A stretch of DNA of 62,763 nucleotides, counting the filler, from Choristocarpus tenellus KU-1152 (lineage: Eukaryota > Protista > Phaeophyceae), in assembly GCA_964200185.2 (NCBI GenBank). It is 8 parts of 8 records of this genome, joined end to end, with 100 filler letters (N's around TTAATTAATTAA, not from the genome) between each part and the next. Parts side by side here need not be neighbours in the genome. Positions count along the whole stretch, not along the records: positions 8,184 to 14,574 come from CAXNAD020008235.1; positions 14,675 to 28,630 come from CAXNAD020001316.1; 6 more parts are not named here. One strand, written 5' to 3'. Made by a program: the position numbers and the translations under genes. The notes under the pieces are model-generated. The model did no database searches. It was given only the letters and a program-made list of their open reading frames with translations, and was not told where the DNA came from. Below are positions 12,663 to 26,182 of the stretch, piece after piece (within the stretch, counting starts at the first letter, position 1; every line of letters begins with the position of its first letter).

Positions 12663-12848
12663 TGTCGTAACACTCCCATCGATAAAGAGTATATTCCTTC
12701 ATCTGCTGACCTGATATTCACCATCCTTGTTGGACCTTTTGACTGTCGGAGTATCTCTGGAGTCCTGTACAGGCATCAGCGTCATCTATAGGCTTGTGGT
12801 CTGGAGTCACACATCCCGTGGAGGTAAGCTATGGAGTGTGTTGTAACA
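12663..12848 (+). repeat. Short LTR-like repeat (TGTCGTAACA...TGTTGTAACA)
   Basis: TG...CA ends; matches 11176-11357 inverted and the 3' part of the LTR at 92-666; no clean TSD. Confidence 0.7.
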
Positions 12849-14499
12849 AAATGTATGGGCATCATGTGCAAAATAGCACAATAGTGAGGTGTACCTTAAT
12901 TTGTGTATGAGAGATGTAACTAATGAGATACTACATACGGATAATGAATGGGATTACGTATGGGTTTTTATTCTGCATTCAACTACTCTGACATAATAAC
13001 CGTTGACTTACGTATGAGACAAGTAATAACAAACAAGCAATAGAAGACACCCCACGAAGGTCACTCTTCTAATTCCATCCATTCTTTTTACGTTCAGCAA
13101 AGGGGATCATAGCCACGGTGCCAAAAGTGAGTGATAAGGCAATCGTTTGGCAAGGAGTGACAAGGGAGTATCTTCTATTAAGCGCAAGTAGGGACACACA
13201 CAATCAACTTCTTAGATATGGGTCACCTTGGTGAATGATAAGAGTTGGAAACATAACACAGCTATCACTGTACGTTGCAATCCAATCTTAACATGTATGA
13301 TCTCTCCATCATCTCATATTCCCTTGACTCGCCCAATCTCAGCGCAGTTGAATGGTCGTGAGGTATGAGGGGTTACTCATCAACTACTACACGTAGCACT
13401 AATAGAATTTGACCAAATAGATCAGATCTTTGGGGTGGTGTTGACTCTCTATGACATTGGTAACCCTGACCCTGCGTTGTGGACAACTTGAAGCCACAAA
13501 ATCCCCCTTAAGTCACTACACTGTAGTAGAGGTCATAACGGTGGCAGGCCTTGTGGGCCGTTGGAGGTTCAAACAGGAAGATGATGCAACATTGACTTGT
13601 ACCACTGTTGACATGTACGCGATTTAGGGTTTTCCTCATACTTACCAGTATATATTTCCAGACTCTCGAGTAGGGGTTTATTCAGGCTGTTCTTGGCGAA
13701 ATGGCATCGGTAGACCGAAAAAGGAACAATATATTAGTATGTCTAAAAACGAAGAAAAAACAGGAGGTTGCCACAACTTGCATGGCGTTTGAAGGTATCT
13801 TGTGTGACTGTTCTTCATTATATCTGCCAGCAACGTTCATACATTGCACGCTTCCGTCCGTACGTATTTAACATCGCAGGTGCCCTGAGTAAATTTTTCC
13901 ATTCCTTCTCTCACCATATTCCCTTCCTTCCACAACATATAGTGTACTCGTATCTCAGTGTGTGTGTGTTATTTTAGGGAAAAACTAACGAAAACTATTC
14001 ACATGTCTGAAAAATCCCTAAAACAGTAACAATTGTCACAAAAAGTGACATACTGATACACTATCGTTGATATTTTACTTTATCATAATACTATAGAAAT
14101 TCAGTGGAAATGAAAGAGGCAAGTTCTAGATGCTTCTGTAATGATCTTCATAAATGATTAAAAAAATCATATGACTTATCACAGTTTCTATACATATAAT
14201 ATAACGAAGATGTTTAGGATATATTGATTATACTGTGAAGTATTACAGATATTTGCATTGAACATAAAAACAATAGTAGAATAACAGTGTCTACTCTTTT
14301 GTGTGTTAACCAACTCTAACTGCGACCCTAAATATTACTTTAAAATAGACCTAGTCATCTGATACATTGATGTTTGAATGGTTTTTCATTGGTTTTTCCC
14401 CTGACACATCTGTGTGTGTGTGTGTGTGTGCCATGGGCAAATGCCAGAGCAAATTATGCCACGAGGGCATAATAATATATTCATTATTATTGTAATTCT

Positions 14500-14574
14500 G
14501 ACCCAAAGTATCTGTGTGTGGGGGGGGGAGAATGGCGACGAAAGGGAGGACAACACCGGTGGCGACAAGGAGGG
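14500..14574 (+). mobile_element. MITE family B left end at contig break
   Basis: GACCCAAAGTATCTG followed by a G-run. Confidence 0.55.
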
Positions 14575-17500
14575 NNNNNNNNNNNNNNNNNNNNNNNNNN
14601 NNNNNNNNNNNNNNNNNNTTAATTAATTAANNNNNNNNNNNNNNNNNNNNNNNNNNNNNNNNNNNNNNNNNNNNCTCCACAAAAAGTACTGTAATATTTG
14701 AACAAAATTATATCCGGACCCTTAAAAAGTGCCGAAACATTTCCAAAAAAGACATATCCCGGGCCCTTACAAGTGCAAAAATATTTGCAAAAAGAACTTT
14801 TCGGTACTTTTTCAAGACCGTTTTCGATCGTCAACCATCCTCATAGCCCCGCTCCTTCCTCAATTCTCCAAATCCACTGTTAGTTGTAGTAGTAGCAATA
14901 AGTAGTAATAGTGGCAGTGGTACACAAGACAACATACAGTCGCCCACAATATACAGGGTTATTACAAAATAAACAGGCGTAGTAGCCATCATCGTGACTG
15001 AGCGAGGTTGGTAATGGCTTGAAAATGCTAACAGAGCACGTACACACGCAAGACACGGTGTTAGATTGGGGCTCATTTCAACAAGCTCCCCACCAACGAC
15101 AAACTACAATATGCATGAGAAAACTTCACTTTTTCCCCTCTCACAGAATTGAATGGCTGATTAATTTTTTTTCAGGAAATGTTACTCTAGGTTTTATTGG
15201 TGAGCAACTCTGAATTGAATAGATTCTGTGTTACTTGTAGTACAATGTATGACTACTGGTTGGAATGATAAAATCGTATGATGTACCAAAATGCGAGAAG
15301 TGTGGGTCGGCAAACAGCAAAACATGCCATGCATATCTAAGCAAGTTCTTCTAGATGTGTTACTACGTGCTACTGTTCAGCTCACAGAAACAACCAGTAA
15401 TCAATCATAGTTTTGAGTGTGTAATTGATAGGTGCAGCACCAATGTTAATATAGTCCTAAAAGCTTTTCTAGTTGTACCTCTTCATTCGGGGTCTATGAT
15501 TCTTGTTGTGTAAAATATAAAATAAATAAACCACCGAGAGAGCATGCAAGCGTAACAGAGCGGCCACACTCACTCATGCTACTTTCATACATGACTTGTG
15601 GCAGCACAGGGGATTGATGGGATGTTACCGTTGGAGGCATGCATGGGAGGGAGCAAATAAATAATGTAGAGAAGGAAAGTACATTGGATGCACATGTGAT
15701 GTCATCGATGAGTTTAATCAAAACGAGATCACTAAACAGATCAGGCAATTGTGCACTATTGCATAGTAATCCATCCGGTATTCATGATTACCGTTGCTTG
15801 AAGCCATGACTGTTACCCCTACAACAATATAGTCGTTGAAGTAACACTAGTAGTACTGCTGCTTGCTGCTGCTGCTGCTACTAGGTACATTCTAAAGTTG
15901 AACTTGAAACACGCCAAGCTGGCTCTAGATGCAATGCAAGATACGACAGAAGTAGCAGTCAATCGTAAGGTATGCAGTTGCTGTTGCGAGTGTCAGCATC
16001 CTCATCCGGACCTTCAAGAACACATGATCATCAGTATAGGCTTTACCTTTATTGTTATTATTACTATGGTGGCATGCTAATTCTCTTGTCTATTCCTATT
16101 TTGCAGTACCCCAACTACCACTAATAGCAGGATTCCAATACTACAGGGCAAAGGTTCTATCCCTGAACTTTGGGAAGGATTGCTCCTCTTTCACCATACC
16201 ATGAGCAGCATCAAGCAGCAGCACAGCCATGCATCCAAAAGGCAGAAGAGAATAAGCTATCCAATCCCCGCCCAACAAGTCAGCTATTCATTTTGCTCTA
16301 CTCTCTTGATACCAAACAATTCCTCCTCCACACACACATGCAAGTACGCACAGCCGAAAACATCGACATTGGGAAAGATAATTCCTTTATCACACAATCC
16401 CCCCTACCCAATGGTCCAGCAAATACAACTTGCAGGAGGGGATTCTCTTTGGTTCCAAATTCTACCCAAACATAGCTGCCACAGGCCACAGGCCGCTGCA
16501 TGTGATGGTTGCCCCTCTCCCCTCTCCTTTTCCCCCCTCAAAAAGCATTTTATATTTAAACTTAGGGTCCAAAACCCACTACCCACTTCACTGGTCACCT
16601 TCAATTGAATGCAACAGACATCAATCCTCAGGCCACCACAACTTACAACTTGAAAAAACAAAATCTACCATGGATTCAACAGCATCATCAATAAGCCGAA
16701 CCAATACAACCACCTCACTCGCTAGCCAAATAGTCTAGGACCCACCACATCGCATGACAAATGCTCCCGTGCCATCTGATTGCCACACCACACACCATAG
16801 CTGCCCCATCACTTAAGAGACATTATAGTTCTTAAAACAAGCAATTACAGGAGTTGTGTCTAACTACACAAGACACAAGACACAACACCCCAATGCTTGT
16901 CCATCGATGCCCTACAGCTGAAACATATCCTTTGCTTTTACACCTTCAGTCATCTCTTGGTGCGAAATGCGAAATTTGTCTCTGCCACATTCCTCACCCT
17001 TGTCCGACCTGGCCCTCCCCAGGGTGGTTATGGTGCTGCTTCCAATCTGTGGGTGTACTGGTAGCCTCAAAAATCCCAGCATATCCAACAAAAAATAGTG
17101 TGACCATTCCACTCCACGCAGTGGATAAGTTTTTCGACTCAATGTGGATCAGCTCTTACCACCCTTCTGTCCATACCCACTATAATTTTCTATATCAAAA
17201 GTTTTACTACCGAAACGCACACGACAGCCCTGTGCTGTCCAAGAGCACATGATATCCCTGTCATCCAAATCATATCCACCCTTTGGCAGTTCAATATCTA
17301 ATGCCAGTAACACATGAAGTAAAAAAGGATAGGACTAACATCCCAGATTATTGTTTCCGCTCCTCTTACCTAAATAACACAACACACACAAGCACAAGCT
17401 CACTTGCTGGAAAACATTTAAAGAGGTTGCAAGGTCTCCAGCACCCTCCCATGTGAAAATAGTGCACCTTAATCACACACACACACACACTTACACACAC

Positions 17501-17693
17501 ACATGCAAACAAATACAACACTCTTCCAAAAAAAAGAATGTGCAGGGGCATGTGACGAAGCCATACTCTCACAACTAAGTTTCGTACCACCCTGAATAGA
17601 CTGAAGTCACCAGAAGACCAGAATATCTCTGTGACAGCACACAAGTACATCACATCTACCATAGTTAAACCACCACACACATGTCAACATGCC

Positions 17694-20600
17694 TCACTTG
17701 TGCCCATTCCCTTCTCCCTCAGTGGTAAGGTTTTCACCTACATCAGCTATGTGGCAAGTTGCCTTGGTGCAGACGACCCACTGCAGGGGGCAGTCCATGG
17801 TCCTCACCAGAAAATCCCTAGACAAACCCTGAAGATTCCAGAACATGTCAGGAGGGCAGTTACCATTACCGAAATAACTCTCTCAAGGGTGAAAAAACAT
17901 ACCTACATTTCGAGTGAACCACAATGACAACACGACATCTAAAATAATGAGGCGTTAAGCTGTACATCTTGGAACAACCATGACCTTCCCTGGACAGTTA
18001 TGATCAAGATACATGCTACCAAAATAAAAAACAATCTGGGAGCAATCTTCTCTCACGCACCACACCATTGTTGCAGTCAAAGAGGGGGGCGTTAGCACAA
18101 GGGTGTATTTTACCTAAGCACACCACAATAGTAAAACATAACCAATCAACAAGTGAACCTCCAAGATCGCACAATGTAGTCCTTATGAATGCTGCAGGCT
18201 ACCTATTCTTGAGTACGCCGTTATCCACTGCAGTAACCAAACGATACAAGAGGTGAATCAAAGTTAAGGTACTCACCGGCTCTCTAAGATCCAGCTTTGT
18301 GGACCGTCGAAGGGCTTCCGCCAAGACAGCAACATCAGACGTCATGATGCGCACTCGGTTGAACATCATTATCTTTAGTGTCATGGTCATGAATCGATTT
18401 TCATATACACACAGAGACGCATATAAAGGCGTTAGACAGGTTAGAGTCAAGAGACGTAAAACAAAATAAATATATCACACGGAGGGGAGGTTTCAAAAAG
18501 ATGAAACCATTGCAATCATGACTACAAGCGGGTAGGTCCTGGAAGTACTTGAGAGGTGTGCCAGCCTTTGAGCGATGATGTTGGTCTCCTACTTGCTCTG
18601 TATTGAGAATGTATAGAGCTATCCATAAAAAAAGGGGGCATCTACTATTGCAGTAGCTACGAAAGTTAGACCCTATTCGAAGTCGTCTACCTTTTCCCAA
18701 ATCAACTCTTGCACCAGGGAACCCTCCTGCATCAGCTAGTAACTTGTCACCACATCAAATGCAAATTTGTAGAATTTTTTATATGTCACAGAACCAAAAA
18801 AAGTCCTGTAACATTTTTTTTTTCGGTTTCTAACCTTGGAGAGCTCCACGAACCCCTCCTCATCCATGAGATTCCTCAGATAGGTATCGCCCACCAGATT
18901 AGCTGGAGAAAAGTAGTACTCCACTTGCCAACAAAGGGTTCCCAACAGGCTCTCCATTCCATCCTGTGGGTGTATGCACACCACAGGAGGTACGACATCA
19001 ACCTCCCCACCATAAGAATACACCTCGGCATAGGAGGGTGAGTGTGTGCCATGCCCGCTTCCATTGCTACTACAGGACGAACTATTCTGAAGGACCAGAG
19101 GGTGCTGCTGTTGGTGGAGTGACAATGGTGGAGCAGTCCCCAGCATAGCATCCGGAACCATGCCCTCTCCTAGAGAGGAACTCATACATGTCTCGAGTAG
19201 GGGCATGCGTGGGAGTGACACTTGGGCGGGTGCAGGTGGCATAGTATTTTGCTGCTGCCCCAGATATGTAGTAGGACACACGCTTGCAGGCCCTATCACT
19301 CCAGGCCCCATGGGCATCATCCCTTGGACTTGGACTTGAGGTGCATTAATGACAGCATCATTCGACTCTTCTGGAGTGGGAGCCTGGAGACAACCTGACT
19401 GCTGGTGGTGCATCTGCTGCTGAGGTGGCGGTGGTGGTAGCACTGGCATAGCCAACTGTTGCTGCGGCTCCTGCCTAAGAGGAGCTGTAGAACTCATCTC
19501 TGGAAAGGCTCCGTGACTATACCCCATTGGCTGCTGTGGTGGCTGTGACTGTGCCGTGGTATGTTGCTTGAACTCCCAATGCTGGTTCTGGTTCTCCTGG
19601 GACGCCCAGGCATCGGGTTGGTGTACAATCTTGTTGGCTTCCCCACTGCCTACATCACCTGGCCACACAGGTGAAATGGAGACAGTAGATGTGGATTGGG
19701 TCAAGGCGATCGCTTCACAGGGCGTAGCAGGTTTCTGAAGCTGATCTCCCCAGACCTTTGTCCCTATGCCTGTATTTCCAGCAGCAGATGATGGCTGAGA
19801 GGAGGCACTATGACCTCTGTGTACAATGAGTGGGTTAGCCTGTCGAGGTCCTGCTACATCACCAGATCTGGAAGACCCCCGAGACTGTGCCTTCAGAGAT
19901 GGAACCTTCCCAGTTGCTCCCTTCACTACACGTGGGCTTTTGTCTGAGGTGGAACGGACAAAGCTCCCTCTCCCACGAGTGCTTGTTCGCTGTGCAATCT
20001 GTTGTCCTTGTCGAACGCACGATTGGTATGCTCTCCCCGTGCAGGAGACACTTGAAGATGGCGCATTTGCTTGTGAGTCTGGAGAGCGCAAAGTGTATCG
20101 TCCTGAAACTGTTGACATCCCAGGCACCGCAGGCTTTCGACCATTCCTCCTGGCATTTGCATTAACCTTGGCATGGAGTTCTGCTCTGGTCTTTAATGCC
20201 TTTGAGGTTCCACCGATAATGCCCAATCTTGACGGGCAGCAGTTCTCCTTACTTCGGTCACTGCAGTCAGAACCAGATGAGGCTGTCGGAGTTCCAGTTG
20301 AGTTGGATGCGTCAGATGCTGCAGCCCTTGCCGCAGCAGCACGAACGTTTTTGAGGGAGAGCCTTCCTCTGCTAACAATACTGTTGCTCTTGGTGTGGTT
20401 GCCATTACCAACATTGCTACCCCTGCCACTAGACACACCTCCGCCACCCTTCCGCCTTGAACCACCAGCACCGACCTCTGACCACTCCTCCTCTCCACCT
20501 CCCCTGCCACACCACATACTGCCAACAGCCCCTCTTTCACCTGTGTTGGAAAACCTTTGACAGACCTCAGAAGTATCCTCTTCTGTCCACTGGACCTGTT

Positions 20601-23600
20601 CCCAAGCCTTTTCGTCCTCCTCCATCATTGCCCTCACCTGCTCCTCCGTCACCCCATCAATATAGCTAATGGCTCCCACGGGCATTAAGGGAGAGGAGGT
20701 GAAAGCAACAGCAGCCGCTGCAGCTGCCGCTGCCAATGTTGCATCAGACATCTCCCTCCCCTGCCTTCCCATTCCGTCTGTCTCTGTGCTCTTGTAGGCT
20801 TCACCATCTTGCAAAGGCACTGTTGAATCATCACAACTGACATTTGTAGCACAACCATTCCTTGATGGTTCTTGGTGTCGATTGTTGCCAGGAACATCAA
20901 CATACAAACTACCAGTGGAGACCACAGTCGATGATACAGTCTCCCGAAGAGTCACCAAAGATACACTGGGTGCCGTAACTGGCTCTTTAGCTGGTGTAAC
21001 ACCTCTAGAAAGAGACTCTGATGCAGCAATATTAGAGACCTCAGACAACCCGGCAACAGGGGCTGCGGCAGCTGGGCCTGTGGGAGGTGTGGTAGAAAGG
21101 GCAGGTGGAACGACACTGAGCTTCCTCGCCTGTTTACGTTGTTTGTGACCCTTGGTTCTTGCCAGGGCACCTTTCTTGGAGGTCGAGTCTCGTACCCTGG
21201 AACAACCCGGGGCACAGTGCAGCACGCAGGAAACCATCCTGCCACTGAGTTCAACGCAATACAGATGGATCTGACTTCCTCTCACCAACGCCTGCGCAGA
21301 TAAGAGCCGCCCAGACCTTCAACAACAGGTAACCGTGCAGGGTTCATTGATAGGAGATGAGGGTCAAAACGTACAAAAAAGGGCGGAAAATTAAGAGACC
21401 CGTTCAGCGATTATATAAATATGTCCATCCATCCACTGAAGACTCACACCACCATTGCAGAGCTTTCAGCCGAACAGAGAGGGCACCCTCAAAAAAATCA
21501 ACCTACATCAACAGTGAACTATGACCTCAACCAATCGTTCCCTTAAGGTAGGGAAATGCCTATCCACCCTATCCCCTATCCCCCTACTTGAAGCATAATT
21601 TCACCTCTTCATATTCTCCCAAGCTTGGTTCAGCAGGTTCACAGCAGAACTACGGTGCACTGGCTCCACATAGCTACCCGCATTCCTCGCTGCCCTTGTG
21701 GCTATCCTCTGACGAACAACAGACCTCCTTCGATTGCGACCCCCATTTCCACCTCCAAGAATGGCTGCAACAGCACAAGCACCAGCAGCAAGCGCAGCAA
21801 CGAGAGACAAGATACCTCCGTAGATGGATGTTTCATTTGGTGCACCTTTGTGTCCTCGGCTACTTCCCTCATCCCTAGTTCCCCTTCGACTGCTGTCATC
21901 CCTCCTTGATTTGTTGGTTGTGGTAGAGGACCTACCGACACAAGGAAAGGTTTAGATGGTAAGGTTCATTTTTGGGAAGGAAGCTACAGGGTATGCAGAG
22001 CTAATTGCATAAAAGTGAATCCGCCCGGGGCAAACTAAAATCGCAATTCGACGAGCCAAGCGCATTCCATTCACCATGTCAACTTCCAAACAATTCTGAA
22101 GTCTGTTGAAAAGAGAGACAGCAGAGTCTTGCACCCGTCACACCTTCCAGAAATCCTCACCATCAAATTCCTCCCGCTGTTCTCAGAGTGCATTTTTTTT
22201 TCATTCAGCTACCAACTCTCGCACAGAATGGTTTGTTTTTTTTTATTTGAAAAAAAAGTATTGAACTTTAAATTAAAAGCGTGGCGACAATCCCTAACTA
22301 CTGATAGACCTCTTCGCCACAACCAAACGATAGACCAAACGATCCACGAGTCGAGCAAAAAAAAGAAAAAGATCTCTCACAGCAACCAGTAGCCACGCTC
22401 TCATGGACACAGTTTTGATTGAGACCTACGAAACCAAGGACTGGGAGCTTACCCATCCTTCTTCCTGGTCCGACGCCCTCCAGTGGATGAGCCATACAGG
22501 GAGGAAGATGGTGAATGATCCTCAGCAGCATATTGTGTGGCCTTCATCAGCAGGTATCGGAAAGTGTGGATGACCTGCCACGATACACACAAGACATGTG
22601 GAAGGCGAGAGGGGGAACACACGTGTAGTTGTGTTCGTTTGCATTTTAGCTAGTGAGTGGGGTCTGCTGTGTGAAAATATGTACCTTACTTTAAAAAAAA
22701 ACTCAAGGTCAGTGAAATATAGAAGAGGAGGGGGAGAACAGGATTTGAGTCGAGTCTTGCAACATCCTCTGGAAGACCTGTCCTCGACTCGAGTTGGAAG
22801 AAGGCTCATGTACTTCGACAGAAATTCAAAAACTCAAATCCTGCATAACGAGGTTGGTAGGGATGGATGCTGCAGCCGCGGGATATAGAACCAGAGTTGA
22901 GGTCAACTACAGGAAAAGAGGTAGTGCAATCAACAAAATGTACAAGGACTGCAGAAAAGGTATGGCATCAAAAAATGTTGCAATGTAGATTTTATTAAAG
23001 CTAAAATTACATGAAGGAGGAAGGATCAATCAAGGACTTAATAATAATAATCTCTTCCTAGATCTACAAATACAAAAATCGTTCAACTATTGCAATACAG
23101 CCTACATAAACCAGTTCGGTAAGATCTCTTCAGGGGGCACAAATAGCTGTTGATGGATGAAATACCAGCTAAATATCGCAGATACATTCACAAACCCATC
23201 AACACCACTAACAACACCACAACCTAAACCAAACATCCTTATCACGAGGAATGGTCAAGATAGACATCTACATAGGCTAGTCCATACTATAAAAGTTAAC
23301 ACAGCGATCAAACACTAGTTATCCTGACAGCAAAAAAATCTATTTGGCCAAACACATTTATATTTATATACGTTGTTCACCTCTCGGCGGGACTGGAATC
23401 CCTTCTTGGCTGGGGAAGGAGGGTGTTGCTCCATGCGGGTCAGCTCATCGTCCACATACGACCATCCTTTGGCTGCTATACCCTGAAAAATCAGCGACAT
23501 GATGGGGTAAACGGAGGGCATTTGTTGTATTTGATCAGTTTTTTTCTATCTTTTAAAGTCATTGCACGAAGACAATAGTATTACCCAAATCAGGAGGAAG

Positions 23601-26182
23601 GAAAACTGGATGGAGGCATAGATATCAAGCAGCCAGCCAAGTTATAGGACAAGACTATATTATTAGTTGGTAAACGTATCCTACATTTGAGATCTCAGTC
23701 ACATTCCCATACTTCCAAAATATTGTCAATTGCGATACTACTACAGGTGAGGGCAACAAATAGATCCACCTCTGTATTGCATCAAGGCAGTGATGAAGGT
23801 GGGAGGAACAGGTGTAACATTCACAGTATTTCCCACATAGAAATCGGTTAACCTCTTTAAGGAGGCCACTAAGGATATACAAGACATGACTCAAAGAAGT
23901 GAGAAATCCCGCTCTAATTCGTATTGAATGGATTCTTAGAATGAAATATAGACCGCCTCTGGTGGAGGTTCTACTGTGGGAGACTCACTTTCATGGCTGA
24001 CAGATAGTGGCTTGCTTCCATTAGGATGCTAGAACGCCCAGGGTGTCCAGTTGGAAGAGGCCCTGTCATGACAGTTTCATCTAGTTTCACCGGGTTTTCT
24101 TGTACAAGAATACCCTCCCGAACAGTGGCCAACACCTAAAAAAGCATGTGATCAAGGTTTGAAAAAGCGTTAAGTGTCAGGAATAAACCACCAGGCTAGT
24201 CTCTACATGTTGGACGAGAAGAGATTGTGCTGATTAACGCCTTTTGGGAGACTTGTTAACCAAGTCAGAAAATTGTTCAACTCTGATACTTCACTAAGAG
24301 AAATGCAGTACAACCTGGTCTCCACATGTAAGTCAGAGACTACTTACCACAGCCAAACAGAAATGATGAAATCATAGAACAACAAAATGTATTGTCAACC
24401 CTCTCTTGCTTTGTTACCATCGTCCTTCATATCCTTACTGTGTGTACACATATTCTTACTGTGTGTACAGAGTATCTGATGCACGAAGAACACTCACTTG
24501 AAAAAAACACAAAATTTTGAGCTCACCTCGGCAGCAGCGGCCACTTTTGAGTCCAGCCACTCTTGTGTTGCAGGAGGGCGAGTTGCTGCAGTCACCGCCA
24601 GCTCTCCAACAATCTCATTCATTCGCAAACGCATACCTTCTGCATGCAACTCCACAAGAGATCGAGGGTGTGATCCAAATGCTGCTGTTGTTGCAGTGTT
24701 AGCCTCCGCTACCGCCTCCAATAAGACCTCTTGCTTTACAGAACTTTCCTTTCGGGTCCTGCTACCATCTCCATTGACATCCCCCTCTACCTCGACCTCT
24801 GCCTTCTCTAGCTCTGACTTTGTGCTGCCACCACTAGGAGCGACAGAATCCCTGCCAGTGCCACCTCTATCACCACTCTTCACAGGTCCTGCATCTTCAG
24901 TGTCGTGTTCTACACCTGAAGTCACGCCTTCTGGGTCTTTGGTGTCTCCCGGCCAACTGCTTGGAGTTTTTTGCACTCCACCTCCACCAGGTTGGGCATA
25001 GTCACTTGATGTAACATCTTTGTGGAGCAGAGGCATCTTTTCAAGTAGGCTTGCAGCTTCTTCAAAGCGCTCCTGGGCCTTATACATCTCAGCTAAGTTT
25101 GTGTAGCAATAAATCCAACCTGTTGAAAAGTAGTCCGCAGAAGGGGTGAAAGACAGGTCCTGATACATGACTTCTATCTTTTCAATATTAACTCACAATG
25201 TGAATAGTCTGGACGAGAACTTGGAATATGAATCAAGATTGACAACAATCGTATACTCCTAAAGGTCTAAAGCAAAAAGGGCATTAGCCTCGAACGTGGC
25301 AGTACCAACAGAAATCAACATCGACTGCTGGTAAAAATTAAGAATCAAGATCTCACTGTTGCTGTCGCGGGCTCCCTGGGCATTCCACTGATACTCCAGA
25401 ATTTCTGGACAAGCTGCCTCCAGCTCTTTGATACCTCGGTCTACATGACCAGATCTCGAGAGAGCCTGACCAAGGACCGCGCTATTATGCGCTAGAAGAC
25501 TAGCCGCCTCATCATATATGTGAGATGTCCCATGAGATGATGTCCCCATTGCTTCTCCCATCCCTGATCCAACCGAATCATTTTCTTCCACATCTCCCAA
25601 ACCTCGGTCATTCTCGTTTTCGAGAGCTTCTACTGAATCAGCTTGCTTGGTGGACTGTTGCTTCGTACCAGTGGTACGGGAGCCGTAACCAGTCCAACGC
25701 CTCATTACCGGCTCGAGAGACTCCCAATGCTTTGCATTGGCCTAAGTTCAAGGTAGCGGGTTGGCGGGGCGTTAGTCGAGGCAGTAACGTGACCACGATA
25801 GTGTCTGTCCAATTCAAAGCGGAATGACGAAGAATAGGCATGAATCACGTCGGACAAAACAATTGCTCACAAGGAATACATGCAGGAAGGCACCCAAAAC
25901 CCTACACGTCTCCGGACAGCAGTGGCGGAAAAAAGCAAAATTGACTTCTAGCACCAGACCCACCTGCAGGAGATCGAGAGCCGCCTCCAGGTCTCTAGCA
26001 GTGGGTTCGGGGGCAGAAACGAGTGTCCATGCCTTCTCGTATCGATATCTTACTGTCTCAATGGCCTGAAGCAAGCTCAGGCCAAGGTGGCCACGGTCAT
26101 CACTGATACTCGAGAGCTTGAGGGCGTCGGTGGACAATAAGTGGTGCGATATCATGAGCAGCAGAGAAATGGCTGCCTTCAT
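17694..26182 (-). CDS. La-motif (LARP-type) protein with signal peptide, TPR-like helices and a transmembrane helix; 9 exons, ~1460 aa
   Basis: Exons: 26182-25964, 25741-25357, 25119-24527, 23482-23381, 22574-22453, 21931-21605, 21238(or 21244)-18835, 18372-18277, 17828-17694. All introns are GT-AG with matching phases (0,1,0,0,2,2,0,0). Total 4383 nt, ending in TGA. La motif: QVEYYFSPANLVGDTYLRNLMDEEGFVELSK|IMMFNRVRIMTSD..LAEALRRS..|..VRTMDCPLQW. Confidence 0.75.
18835..21238 (-). CDS. Large exon of the La-motif gene: low-complexity S/G/Q/P-rich region and first half of the La motif
   Basis: Lies within the 850-aa ORF 18736-21288; EYYFS..NL..D.YL...MD..GFV motif; donor at 18834. Confidence 0.9.

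Noticed and set aside
13000-13500. Possible Copia integrase remnant on the minus strand
   Set aside because: Only a faint resemblance (PHTS..N.AE...RSYML) across frameshifts.
19826-20560. 244-aa + strand ORF and similar overlapping ORFs (4167-4751, 24498-25001, 45111-45503)
   Set aside because: Antisense shadows of real exons with no motifs of their own.
22690-22910. Extra exon in the La-motif gene
   Set aside because: The flanking exons already join in phase 0, and the strong acceptors here lead to stop codons.
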